Source: Eledone cirrhosa (lineage: Eukaryota). From it: a stretch of 64,000 bases of DNA. Under the pieces are notes generated by a model. That model was not told the origin of the DNA, did not search any database, and was given only the letters and a program-made list of their open reading frames with translations. A program made the translations under genes and the position numbers. Location of the stretch: NCBI GenBank assembly GCA_964016885.1, contig OZ024747.1, forward strand, positions 39,618,001 to 39,682,000, read 5' to 3'. Below are positions 52,940-64,000 of this stretch, piece by piece (within the stretch, counting starts at the first letter, position 1; the number at the start of each line of letters is the position of its first letter).

Positions 52940-55230
52940 GATAAAGCAAGATAAATGCAACTATATGGGAGCAGGATATTGAACATAATGACCAGGCAGT
53001 GTGGATTGAGACAGTACAGAAGGAGATTAGTGAACAGGTACACCAACAAACTGATTTGAGTATCACAGTTGAAACTCTTAAAGGGCAGGCCAAAAAACTA
53101 ACCAACTGGAAATCACCAAGCCCAGATGGTGAGCAGAGGTACTGGATTAAAAATATAACATCCCTCCACCCGAAACTGACAACCATGTTCAATGACTGTT
53201 TGATGTCAGGTGAGGTACCAGAGTGGTTGACAAAAGGTACCACAGTTCTGATAATGAAAGACCGAATCAAGGGTAATGATGTTACCAACTATAGACCTAT
53301 CACATGTCTGTCCGTAATGTGGAAACTGTTGACAAGCATTATGTCTGAGGAAATCTACCATCACCTCCACACAAACAACTTGTTACCGGACGAACAGAAA
53401 GGATGCCGAAAGAAGTCACGTGGTACAAAGGACCAGTTACTTATTGATAAGATGGTAATGAGGAATTGCAAGAGGAGACACACTGGTCTTGCCATGGGAT
53501 GGATAGACTACAAAAAGGCATTTGACATGGTGCCTCATTCTTGGATCACCAAAAGCCTGGAGATCTTCAAGGTGGCAGATAACATCAGACAGTTGTTGGG
53601 CAAAAGTATGAAGTCCTCGGAAACAGAGTTAACATCAACTGGAGAATCCTTGGGAAGCGTGAAGATCAAGAGAGGTATCTTCCAGGGAGATAGTATGTCC
53701 CCTTTGTTGTTTGTCCTTGCCCTGATGCCCCTGACCAGTGTACTGCGAAAAGTGAGGTTGGGAAAGGGAGGGCTTACCATCAATCACCTCCTCTTCATGG
53801 ACGATCTTAAGCTCTTCGGGAAGAGTGAGAAGGAGTTGGATGTGCTTGTTGACACTGTCAGTATTTTCAGCAATGAAATATGTATGCAATTTGGTATTAG
53901 TAAGTGTGGAGTCATTGTGATGAAGTGGAGTAAATTGAGCAGAAGTAACGGAATCCAGGTACCAACAGGTGAGATGATAAAGGAAATTGACACTGAAGAA
54001 GGATACAAGTATTTGGGTGTTCTGGAGGCTGATGACATCAAGAACAAAAAAATGAAGGAATTGATAAGATCTGAATACATTCGGAGAGTAAGGAGCGTAT
54101 TAAAGTCACATCTGAACAGTAGGAATGCCATAAGTGCAGTAAATTCCCGAGCTGTGTCTATTATTAGGTACAGTGCGGGAATTCTGAGATGGAATGTTGC
54201 TGAACAAAAAGAAATGGATAGGAAGACTAGGAAGCTATTGACTATCTACAACATGTTCCACAAGAGGAGTGATGTTGATAGACTCTACTTAAGGAGATCT
54301 GAAGGTGGAAGAGGTCTTATCAACATAGAGGACTGTGTTGAGATGGAGAAAACCAACCTACACAAATACGTGACTGATAGTAAGGAGCCAATGCTCAGAA
54401 CTGTACTGAAGGAGGGGACAATAGGTCAGGGGATGTCCAAGGAGGAAATAACATCAAGGAGAAAGAGCAGCCTTCAGGAAAAATCCCTTCATAGTACCTT
54501 CTTTGAGAAAACTGAATTTAGAGATCCACAGACATGGAACTGGTTGAAAAGAGGAGACCTTAAAAAGGCTACAGAAGGAATGTTAATGGCTGCGCAGGAG
54601 CAGGCCCTCAAGACGAAGTGGTTGAAACACCATATCTACAAGGAGGAGGCTAGCCCACTGTGCAGGATCGGTGGAGAAAGAGGAGTCTGTGGCTCACATT
54701 GTGTCCGAGTGTAAACACCTAGCCCAGACCCACTATAAGGGCTGGAGACACGATGTGATGGGCAGGGTGATCCACTGGCACCTATGCAAAGTAAACAATT
54801 TACCACATTCTGAGAAGTGGTATGAGCATAAGCCAGAGGCGGTGATAGAAAACGATCAGGTGAAGGTGCAGTGGGATTTTAGGATACAGACGGACAAGAA
54901 ACTGGAACACAATAGACCTGACCTGGTGGTTGTGGGCAAAGAAAAAAGATCGTGCCTGATTGTAGATGTGGCCTGCCCATTCGACACGAGAGTGCAAGAG
55001 AAGGAGAGAGAGAAAATTAACCGATACCAGGACTTAAAGTGGGAGGTAAAAAGGATTTGGAACTGCCATGAAGTCTAAGTGATCCCGATTGTCATAGGCG
55101 CACTAGGGACTATCTCAAAAAGTTTCCAGGGATGGTTAAAGAAAATTGGCCCCTTCACGCTTTTTGGAACGCTTGAAAAGGCATGGTTTCTGTGAACAGC
55201 AAGAACACTCCGATACAACCTGAATATCTG
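52940..55230 (+). pseudogene. R4/Dong-clade LINE 2, 5' truncated, followed by 3' UTR and (AAT)n
   Basis: NYRPITCL, DYKKAFD, QGD, FMDD, RHD, NRPDLV, DVACP; (AAT)n at 55308-55348. Confidence 0.9.
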
Positions 55231-55314
55231 AGGCTGCAGGTAGTGGCTTGATATTCATTTCAACAAACTTTCCAGTTAACTAACATCAATGACTGAGACT
55301 CAAAGAGTAATAAC

Positions 55315-55347
<33 letters not shown>

Positions 55348-55348
<1 letters not shown>

Positions 55349-55604
55349 GATCGTGCCTGATTGTGGATGTGGCCTGCCCATTCGACACGAGGGTGCAATA
55401 GAAGGAGAGGGAGAAAATTAACCGATACCAGGACTTAAAGTGGGAGGTAAAAAGAATTTGGAACTGCCATGAAGTCAGTGGTCCCGATTGTCATAGGCGC
55501 ACTAGGTACTATCTCAAAAAGTTTCCAGGGATCGTTAAAGAAATTGGCCCCGCCCCGCTTTTTGGAACGCTGAGACTCAAAAATCAATAATAATAATAAT
55601 AATA
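55348..55604 (+). repeat. Duplicated 3' segment of LINE 2 with internal deletion and a second (AAT)n tail
   Basis: Copies 54947-55172, then jumps to TGAGACTCAAA. Confidence 0.85.
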
Positions 55605-55847
55605 AATTTTCTATATTTTTTTAATGGAGAAGCGATTTTTAAAATAAATCTGTAAATCTGAATATAAATTTTGATATTCGGGCTTAAAGCCCGAATATTG
55701 AGAGGTTTCCCCTCCTTGGAACCAAGGTGGGTACCTTATGCTTTGTTATAGACAAGAAAATACAAAAAAAAAGTGATACTTTAAAACAGGTTAATGTTAC
55801 GAACCTTTTCGCACCTCAGACTTGTGCGGCTTCACACATGTGCGTCC

Positions 55848-55905
<58 letters not shown>

Positions 55906-57149
55906 TAATTTTCTTCATTAAAATAACGGACCACATGTGTAAATAAAGCACTGAATATCAGCCACACCACTACTCAGAATTTTAAATCTAAACAAAAAGA
56001 AAAACGATATATGTAAGTAACAAACTCTAGTGTTTATATTACACACACATGTATTAGAAACACAACGAAAAATGTACACAAAACAATCATGCAGATATAC
56101 AGACGTTCGTTTTTTTAACGTAAAGAAAAAACTATTTGAAGAATAGAAACAGTCGTAGATCGGAAAACACACGTTGCTTATGTCGAGAAGTGAGTTTTGT
56201 CTAATTTGGTATTCCCTAATACGAAAATTCGACAAATTATTTCACCACTTATCTCTACAAATAATCTGACACTAATTATTTGAAGAAAAGAAACAGACAT
56301 AGATCGGAAAACACACTGTTTATTTCGGGGGATAAGTTTTATTTATTCAAAAATCCGACTAATTATTATGCAATCATCTGTGGCTGAAGATGTGAAAGGT
56401 GCATATATATTTTTTAATATTTCCCCAATATACTTTTCTTTTTTTTTTACATTTTGGTCGATTGTGGCTAAATTTCAGATTTTGAAAGGAAAATGGACAG
56501 TTGAAAGATTACTTCTCTCTCCCACCACCACATTCACAACCACTCCTCACACATTCACACTAGTAAATCCCCAATCTATTTTTAGACTACTGTCACTGAC
56601 TGCTACCTACCTCCCTTCTCAGAGTCTAATGTGTGGGTATATATATATGTGTGTGTAAATACATACGTGAGTATAAGTATGCACGTGTGAGTGTATATTT
56701 ATGTATGTGTATGTAGCCCACATAAAGGACAAAACAATAGGGGAAGAAAAAAAGAATACTAGCACCCCATTTACCTCAAACTCAAAATAGACAGAAAAAT
56801 AACATCGGAGAAGCAACTCCTATAAGCTACAATGTCGCCCTACCCATACCACTCCCAGCACCCCCATCCCAGCATTAATCTCCCTGCCACCACCACCAAC
56901 ACCACTACAAGAACAGTTGAGAAAATTCTCGTACACCTGCAACCATAACAATATCACCTCAATCAACAACGGCAATGGCCATAACTATACTGTTATAATA
57001 GTAATAATGATCTCAGTGCCAGCCAACAAATGCACTACCCAAAGAGCCGGGCAACTTTCCATGTACGTCCAATACCATGCGTAACGCAAGCATGTACTGC
57101 GAGATAAACAAATAAAAATTAATACACAATACCATATCGCTTTACCTAT

Positions 57150-60100
57150 GGTTAATCAGGAAGCGCGTCCCTCAGGAAGGTGCCAACCTGAGATCGAAAA
57201 CTATTCTCCAATTATGGACTTGAATGGTCACTTGATCGGGGATTGCCCAACTCGAGCCCTCCAGATCCACCACCCAAACCACCTCAAAAAGAAAAACCTA
57301 ATAGGATGAAATGGACCCGAGAAGAGTATAAAGAAGTAATATATGCATATTACTATGCATTAGGTAAGCCATCACAAGACAGACACACTTTAAACTCCTA
57401 CAAAATCTGGAAAACTCGGAATTAAGCTAGCAGACGTGATATGGATGGAAATAAGTTGGCAAATGTAAGGAGGTATATCTTCAGAAATAATAGACTCACA
57501 GACACTTAACTAACTGCGATCAACAGGTTGTGGAGAATGACATAAATATAAATGATGAAAGAACTGAAGAATCTCCTGGAGATAGTAACCAGTCACAAGT
57601 CTTTACTGAAAGACGTCCATCTGACCAAATCACAAATAGGTTTGTAGAAAGGAGAAGCCCTATTGAACCCGCTGAAAATAGCCAGGAGAGAGACTTAGAA
57701 ACAATAATTGAAAACCAAACATCTGCTGAAGAACACAGGGAGACTATGAAGGAATTAAAGCAAAAAGTACAGAATGAGCTTACAGTAGTAAAACATTCTA
57801 GTATAAATGATAGAGAACCTCTCCCAAAACTCCCAAATGCAATCCAAAATAGAAAACAAATAATTGTTTCTACTTTTGGCACAAGGCCAGCAATTAACCA
57901 GTGCATTACTGGTACTTTATTTTATCGACCCCGGAAGGATGAAAGGCAAAGTTAACCTCGGCGGGATTTGAAAACAAATAATGATTGGTAATTCTGTGAC
58001 AAAAGAAATCATAGAAGTACTAGAACCTGATCTTAATGAGTTAAATGAAATCATTTATGCATCTGCTAGAGTAATTGAAACAAGTTGTCTACCACCAAAA
58101 AAAACAAAAAAAGTCGAATCTTCGAGGTAAACTAATTTGGAGAAGTACAATCAAAAAGGAGATTGACGTAATGAGAGGAGAAATATCTTTATTGAGTTAG
58201 TTAACCGCTGGAAATGATATAAGATCCAAGAAGGTAAGAAAGCTAAAGAGAACATATGGACTGTCTTCTAGAGAAGCAATAGTTTCAACAAAAGAATCTC
58301 TGAAATAAAAAGTCCAAGTAAAAGCCCAATGAATTCGTAGATTCGAGAAGCGAAACAACTTCTACAGGCAAAATAAGTTGTTCTCATCCAATACTAAGTC
58401 ATTTTATAGAGAAGTAGGGAAGAACAAAATAATTATTGAAGCCAGCCCCCCCCCCCTCATTCATAGAAGAAGTTGAAAACTACTGGAGTAAGATTTGGAG
58501 TGATGAGAAGACATATAATGCTAATGTAGATTGGATTAGTCGCCTAGAAAAATCCTACATAAATTTAGAAGAACAGGCGTGGGAATGCATCTCTATAGCG
58601 GACTTAAGGACAGCACTCAATAAATCTCATAAATGGAAATCTTCTGGTAGTTACAGGGTGCCACATTTCTGGCTTTCCTCACTCCCGTGCACTCACAATA
58701 TATTGGTCGCGCTGTTTAATGGAATTATGAAAGATCAAAAAAATACACCTGATTGGATAGCAGGTGGCATTACCTACCTTCTACCAAAGAACAACGAAAC
58801 CAAAGATAAAAAAACTGTCGGCCCATAACCTGCTTGTCCACCACTTATAAACTATTAACCTCTATTCTCATGGAAAAAGAATACGTATTTTTGGAGGAGA
58901 ACAATCTTTTCCCCATTGAACAAAAAAGGTGCCGACGAGGTTCATATGGTTGCAAATATCAACTTTTGATTAATCGTATGATCCTTGAGGACTGTCATAA
59001 TAAACACAGAAATCTCAGTTCTGCATGTATCGATTATAAAAAAGCCTTTGACAGCATACCACACTCATGGATTCTGAAATCACTGGACATCTTCAAAATC
59101 TCACCTGTGATCTCAAACTTCCTGAAACACAATATGCCATTGTGGGACACAACTCTCCTATTGTCTCATTACACTGGTGAATTGACAACAAAAAATAAGC
59201 CACCTATTTTATATGGATGATTTGAAGCTATATTGCAAAGATAATGACGAACTGGAAGGCTTTTGCGGACCTTAAAAACGTTTAGCCATGACATCAGGAT
59301 AGAGTTTGGACTTGACAAGTGTGCAAAAGCCACTTTCAAGAGGAGGAGCTTGTCAACTGAGACTCAGTTGACTTGGATGCTGAAACAATCATAAAGGAAC
59401 TTGAGCAGGAACAAACCTATAAATATTTAGGGATTAATGAGGGCTCTGGCATGCAGCATGCAAGTATGAAAGAGAGGATAAGGAAAGAATGTTACAGGAG
59501 AGTACGTGCAGTTCTGATATCAGAACAAAACGTTCGTAACAAGTTGCTGGCCATAAATTCCTTGGCAGTCCCAGTTGTCACTTATAGCTTCGGTGTGTTG
59601 AACTGGAATATGAGTGAAATCAAAAGAATCGACACCAAAGTCCGTAATCTACTGATCTGTAATAGGATGCACCACCCAAAAGCAGATGTGGATCGTCTTT
59701 ACCTTCCTAGAACTAAAGGAGGCCGTGGCCTAATCCAATTTGAACTTGCTTACAAGACCACCATCATTTGACTGGCCAAATACCTTGAAACAACTAACGA
59801 TTCTATGCTAGAGCTTGTTGGAAAGCATGATAGAAGTAAGAAGCTTCATTCTAACTTGAAGGAGAGCAAAATATATGCTACTGATCTCATGCTTCTAACC
59901 CAGGTTGGACAGACTAAAGAAACTGTTGCAACTGATGCTGCTAGGCACATAAAATCACTGGCAAAAGCAAAAGGTCAAGCACAATTAGCATCAAAGTGGG
60001 AGCAGAAACCTGTGCATGGCAAATATGTGGCCCGTAGCAAACAAGCTGATGTTGACCAAAAGCACACCCATCAGTGGCTACGTAGTTCAGGGCTAAAGAC

Positions 60101-60743
60101 GGAGGGTGCCCAAGATCAAAGCTTATTGACTCGTAATTACCAGGCCAATGTGATGAGAAACGGAATAAACCCAAAGTGCCGATTCTGCAATGCTGGGGCT
60201 GAAACAGTGGATCACTTAGTCTCTGGATGTAAAGTTTTAGCACTAGTAGAATACAAATATAGACATGACAGAGTTGGCCAATATCTACACTGGGTAATAT
60301 GTCGGCATTACAAAATCAAAGCTGAAGACAAGTGGTACAATCATCGCCCTGAGGCTGTAACTGAAGGAGAAAAAGTAACAATTCTCTGGGACTTTCCTGT
60401 ACATACTGACAGGACCATCAAAGCAAATAGACCTGACATCATTATAAAAGTTCAACATAACAAGGTCTGTTTATTGATAGATATGAGCACCCCAGGTGAT
60501 CACAATATCGCGGCAAATGAATATGACAAGCTACGAAAATATAAAGATCTGCTTATTAAAATTGAGAAAATGTTGCACCTCAAGGCCGTTACAATGCCAG
60601 TGATTGTAGGAGGACTGGGAATGATCAAGAAAGGAACAGAACAATATTTGCGAATCATTCCTGGTTTACCCTCTCTGCACGAGGTGCAAAAAATTGTTTT
60701 GACTGGTACTGCACACGTATTGAGAAGAGCACTATCTCTGTAA
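57150..60743 (+). pseudogene. R4/Dong-clade LINE 3, near full length, degraded
   Basis: RMKWTREE N-terminus, DYKKAFD, YMDD, CRFC..ETVDHL, RHD, NRPDII. Confidence 0.88.
57865..57969 (-). mobile_element. SINE (Nin-like) inserted in LINE 3
   Basis: 13-bp target duplication GAAAACAAATAAT at 57852 and 57970. Confidence 0.88.
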
Positions 60744-60945
60744 GATTGATACCCCTCCTTGTATTTACATATGCATATGCACATGTGTATATGTATATTT
60801 TCTTTGTTTGTTTTTTTAAATATAAACAATGTGCTGTATTAACTGGCTTAGCAATGCACACTGTGAATTTATTTGCCATAGGTGTCAGGAAGACACTCGG
60901 CGTATATCTCAGAAACAATAATGAAAGAAAATAAAAATAATAATA

Positions 60946-61061
<116 letters not shown>

Positions 61062-62037
61062 TGCATATATACATCTATATATATTGCGGTGAAGATAGAT
61101 GTACATGTTTACATGCATTGATTGAAACTATACACAGGATTGTTTATTGAATTATGATCAACAATAATGTGCCCATGACCTATATTGAATTCGAAGGACG
61201 TGTTTTCTTATTCTCATTATTGAATATGTGATCTGGCGGCAATTCATACATTGTAGAAAGATAATAGTTACTGAGCTAATTCCCTATACGAAAGTAAGTT
61301 AAACAGTTTTCCCACGAATGCCAATAAATTGCAGAACATTTTTCATTTCGAAATACATAAATACATACACTTAAAATGTCCACATTTTAATTATTCCAGC
61401 AAAATTGTGTGATAATTTCAGGAAACTCAAATTTAGTAACTCTCTGTCTTCTAAACACTAGGGAATAAGATATTGATATATTGATTTAAGTTTGTAGATC
61501 GACTCATATTTACAATTAATTAAGAAAATTAATTTTGACTCATAAAGAATAAAATTATGATAGGAATAGAAACCAATAGTCTTCCATGTGACCTGATTTC
61601 TACTGGTCTCACTAGAACCGAAAATGTTTTCAGTTATGAAGTATTTTTGTATTAAATTTTGATTGCATGTTTTCTTTGATACAAGACGTAGGTTTTTTTT
61701 CAGTTGGATGTCGGTTTATGCACCCAAGAAACCAATAAACAGATCTAGTTGCCACCACTGCAGCTCAAATGCTGAAATTTGAAAATAAGTGTACTATGAA
61801 GAGTCTCTCATGATAGATACATGGGAAAAAAAGGAATAAATATTTCGAAAATAGCAAAAGAGCTCCTCGTTAGTTTGGTCTAAAGAAAATCATGTTTACA
61901 TTGGACATTCCATTAGTGATATATTTTGCTGCTAGCAGTGTTAAACGTGCATTATTGTATAGATCCATGAAGGTAATACATACAAATATCCCTCTTTATG
62001 TCTTTTTCTCCCTATCTTTATGTTCAAATCTTTTTAT

Positions 62038-62084
62038 TGCTGACAATCGTTTCATCCAATCTTTCGTTTGGAATCATCGGAGCA
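62038..62084 (-). ncRNA. Minimal hammerhead (U4C)
   Basis: Minus strand: TGCT CCGATGA TTCCAAAC GAAA GATTGGAT GAAAC GATT GTC AGCA. Confidence 0.7.
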
Positions 62085-63649
62085 TTAGCAATGTTTGTAC
62101 AACTCGCACCTCCACTCTTTCAAAAATCACAATCTAGCCAGCACCACTTCTTTATCTAGCTAAATACACTCTCTGAAAACTAGGAATAGACCATATACAC
62201 TGCAATGGGAAGTACTAGGTAGGGCCGCATCGTATAAACCACCGAATAAATTGTGTAAACTCTGTCTTCTAGAGACCCGTACTATAATCTTTTAGAATCC
62301 TAAATAGAAAATCATAGGTGTTTTCCTCTTGCCAGCACCACTACCGACACTCGTTCCATAACTTTAAACCTAGCTGCTAGTATATAACAATGTCAGATTT
62401 GAATACCCCACCACCATTAACACTTCACCTCTAGGAGTTATCAGCCCCCACAGCATCACAATCTTTGATCTACAAAACTCCTATTTATCTCAAACCTTTT
62501 ACACTACAATAACTATTAGAAATAAAAATAAAGTTACCACCTTTTAATATAACTACTATAGGTTACTTATATTATATACAGTAATGGATATATAATATGT
62601 AGAGACATTTAATGTAATATGTGATAATAAATTATATATACATTTATAATTAAATATATGAATTAATATCATTTAATATAAAGGATTAACTTTTAACATA
62701 ATATAATGTATATTATTAACGCAAGAGATTTAACTAATTGGACCTGTAAACAGCTATACATTTTTTCCATAACTTATATCTTGTCCAGTAATGGATAGAT
62801 AACTATGTAATGAGACCTTTAATGCATTATAGGTAAATAGACTGTATTTAAAATTAAATATAAATAAATAACATTATATATAAGGAATTCATTAGAAACA
62901 CAATAAAATGTATATTAGAGCAAAGAATCTAAATAATTGTTACTTTGCTATATAATTTAATTTAATTTAATTAGCTAGTTACCTCACCTTACGCATTAGC
63001 TCCCCTTAATGTTGGATCTCATACTCACTTCCGGAAATTAAACCGATAGAAAAAATTGTTGTAGAACAACTCTAATCCAGCGATAAGAATACAATAAGAC
63101 CAATTTACAATGCATTGCTATAACTAACTAAAATCATTCAATATAAACATTAACTAAAATATAATTTAACATAAGTAATGGAAAAGATAACAATAACTTT
63201 GATAATCTCAGCACATACACATTTGAAAACTACAGAAACAATCATCACATAAATTTTAATACACTAACACCTTTACTTGGTATGCTTGTATACCTGTGTT
63301 ATTTTATGTCATACATTTGCCATACAGTATTTATTTATGACTAATACCTTTGCTTGCTTCCTTCATATATAAGACTAACGCATGTGCACTCTCTATACGC
63401 TTGCATATGTACTGCTAGTGTCCTCATTCTTCCTCAATGCCTCTTTAACTATCTGACTATTTTCTTGTATTATCTGTTGCATGTATTCCAGTCTGTGCTT
63501 TTAATTTTAATTTGAATCATTGTACAATTCTCGTATAATATATGTCGCATCCATTCTACCCTGTAAATACGAAACTGTTGTTCACAACATCAATATATAT
63601 GTATCTATATGATTGTTCAGTTGAATAGGAGGTTAATTATATGTACAAA

Positions 63650-63696
63650 CATTGATGATTCCAAACGAAAGTTTGGAAGAAACGATCGTCAGCAAT
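63650..63696 (+). ncRNA. Minimal hammerhead, stem I 5' strand deleted
   Basis: TGATGA TTCCAAAC GAAA GTTTGGAA GAA ACGATCGT C AGCA. Confidence 0.72.
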
Positions 63697-63885
63697 AAAA
63701 TGATTTGAACATAACTTTGATAATTGTGTAATTTATATTCCTGCTCTGTAAAACACCTAATGTTCTTACATTGAGCTATTTCTCTTACTGGTAATAAGTT
63801 AGTAAGAAATTACTGACATTTCCTATTTATAGTTGTTTATAGTATATACATAACTATAAATAGTATCATTATTATTATGTATATA

Positions 63886-64000
63886 ATAAAGTACCAGTAA
63901 TGCACTGGGTAATTGCTGGCCTTGTGCCTAAAGTAGAAACAATTATTATTATGTATATATATATAATAAGGGCGGTGGATTGGCAGTATCGGTAGAGGGT
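63886..64000 (+). mobile_element. SINE 3' fragment followed by the start of another copy
   Basis: Matches the 17985 family; runs off the window. Confidence 0.8.

Noticed and set aside
62140-62520. Possible CR1/L2 RT remnant on the minus strand
   Set aside because: Resemblance too weak, with many stops.

Overview
AT-rich, microsatellite-dense eukaryotic DNA with no confident host gene. The SINE types and repeat landscape suggest an octopus or other cephalopod (inference). Almost all of it is nested mobile-element material: a Chapaev3 DNA transposon, two Penelope-like element (PLE) relics (Neptune-type RT+GIY-YIG, Naiad-like GIY-YIG), a Ty3/Gypsy element with a -1 frameshift signal, RTE-group LINE fragments (one twin-primed), three head-to-tail R4/Dong LINEs, a non-autonomous Helitron and tRNA-derived SINEs. 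The ORF track misses the main signal: by eye I count about 28 type I hammerhead ribozyme (HHR) motifs from over a dozen sequence families. They sit in non-coding tandem and fold-back repeats, usually embedded in (TA)n. They include retrozyme-like tandem units of about 659, 562 and 319 nt, compensatory core variants (U3:A8, G3:C8) and very long stem II insertions. All folds were read manually; none is computationally or biochemically verified.
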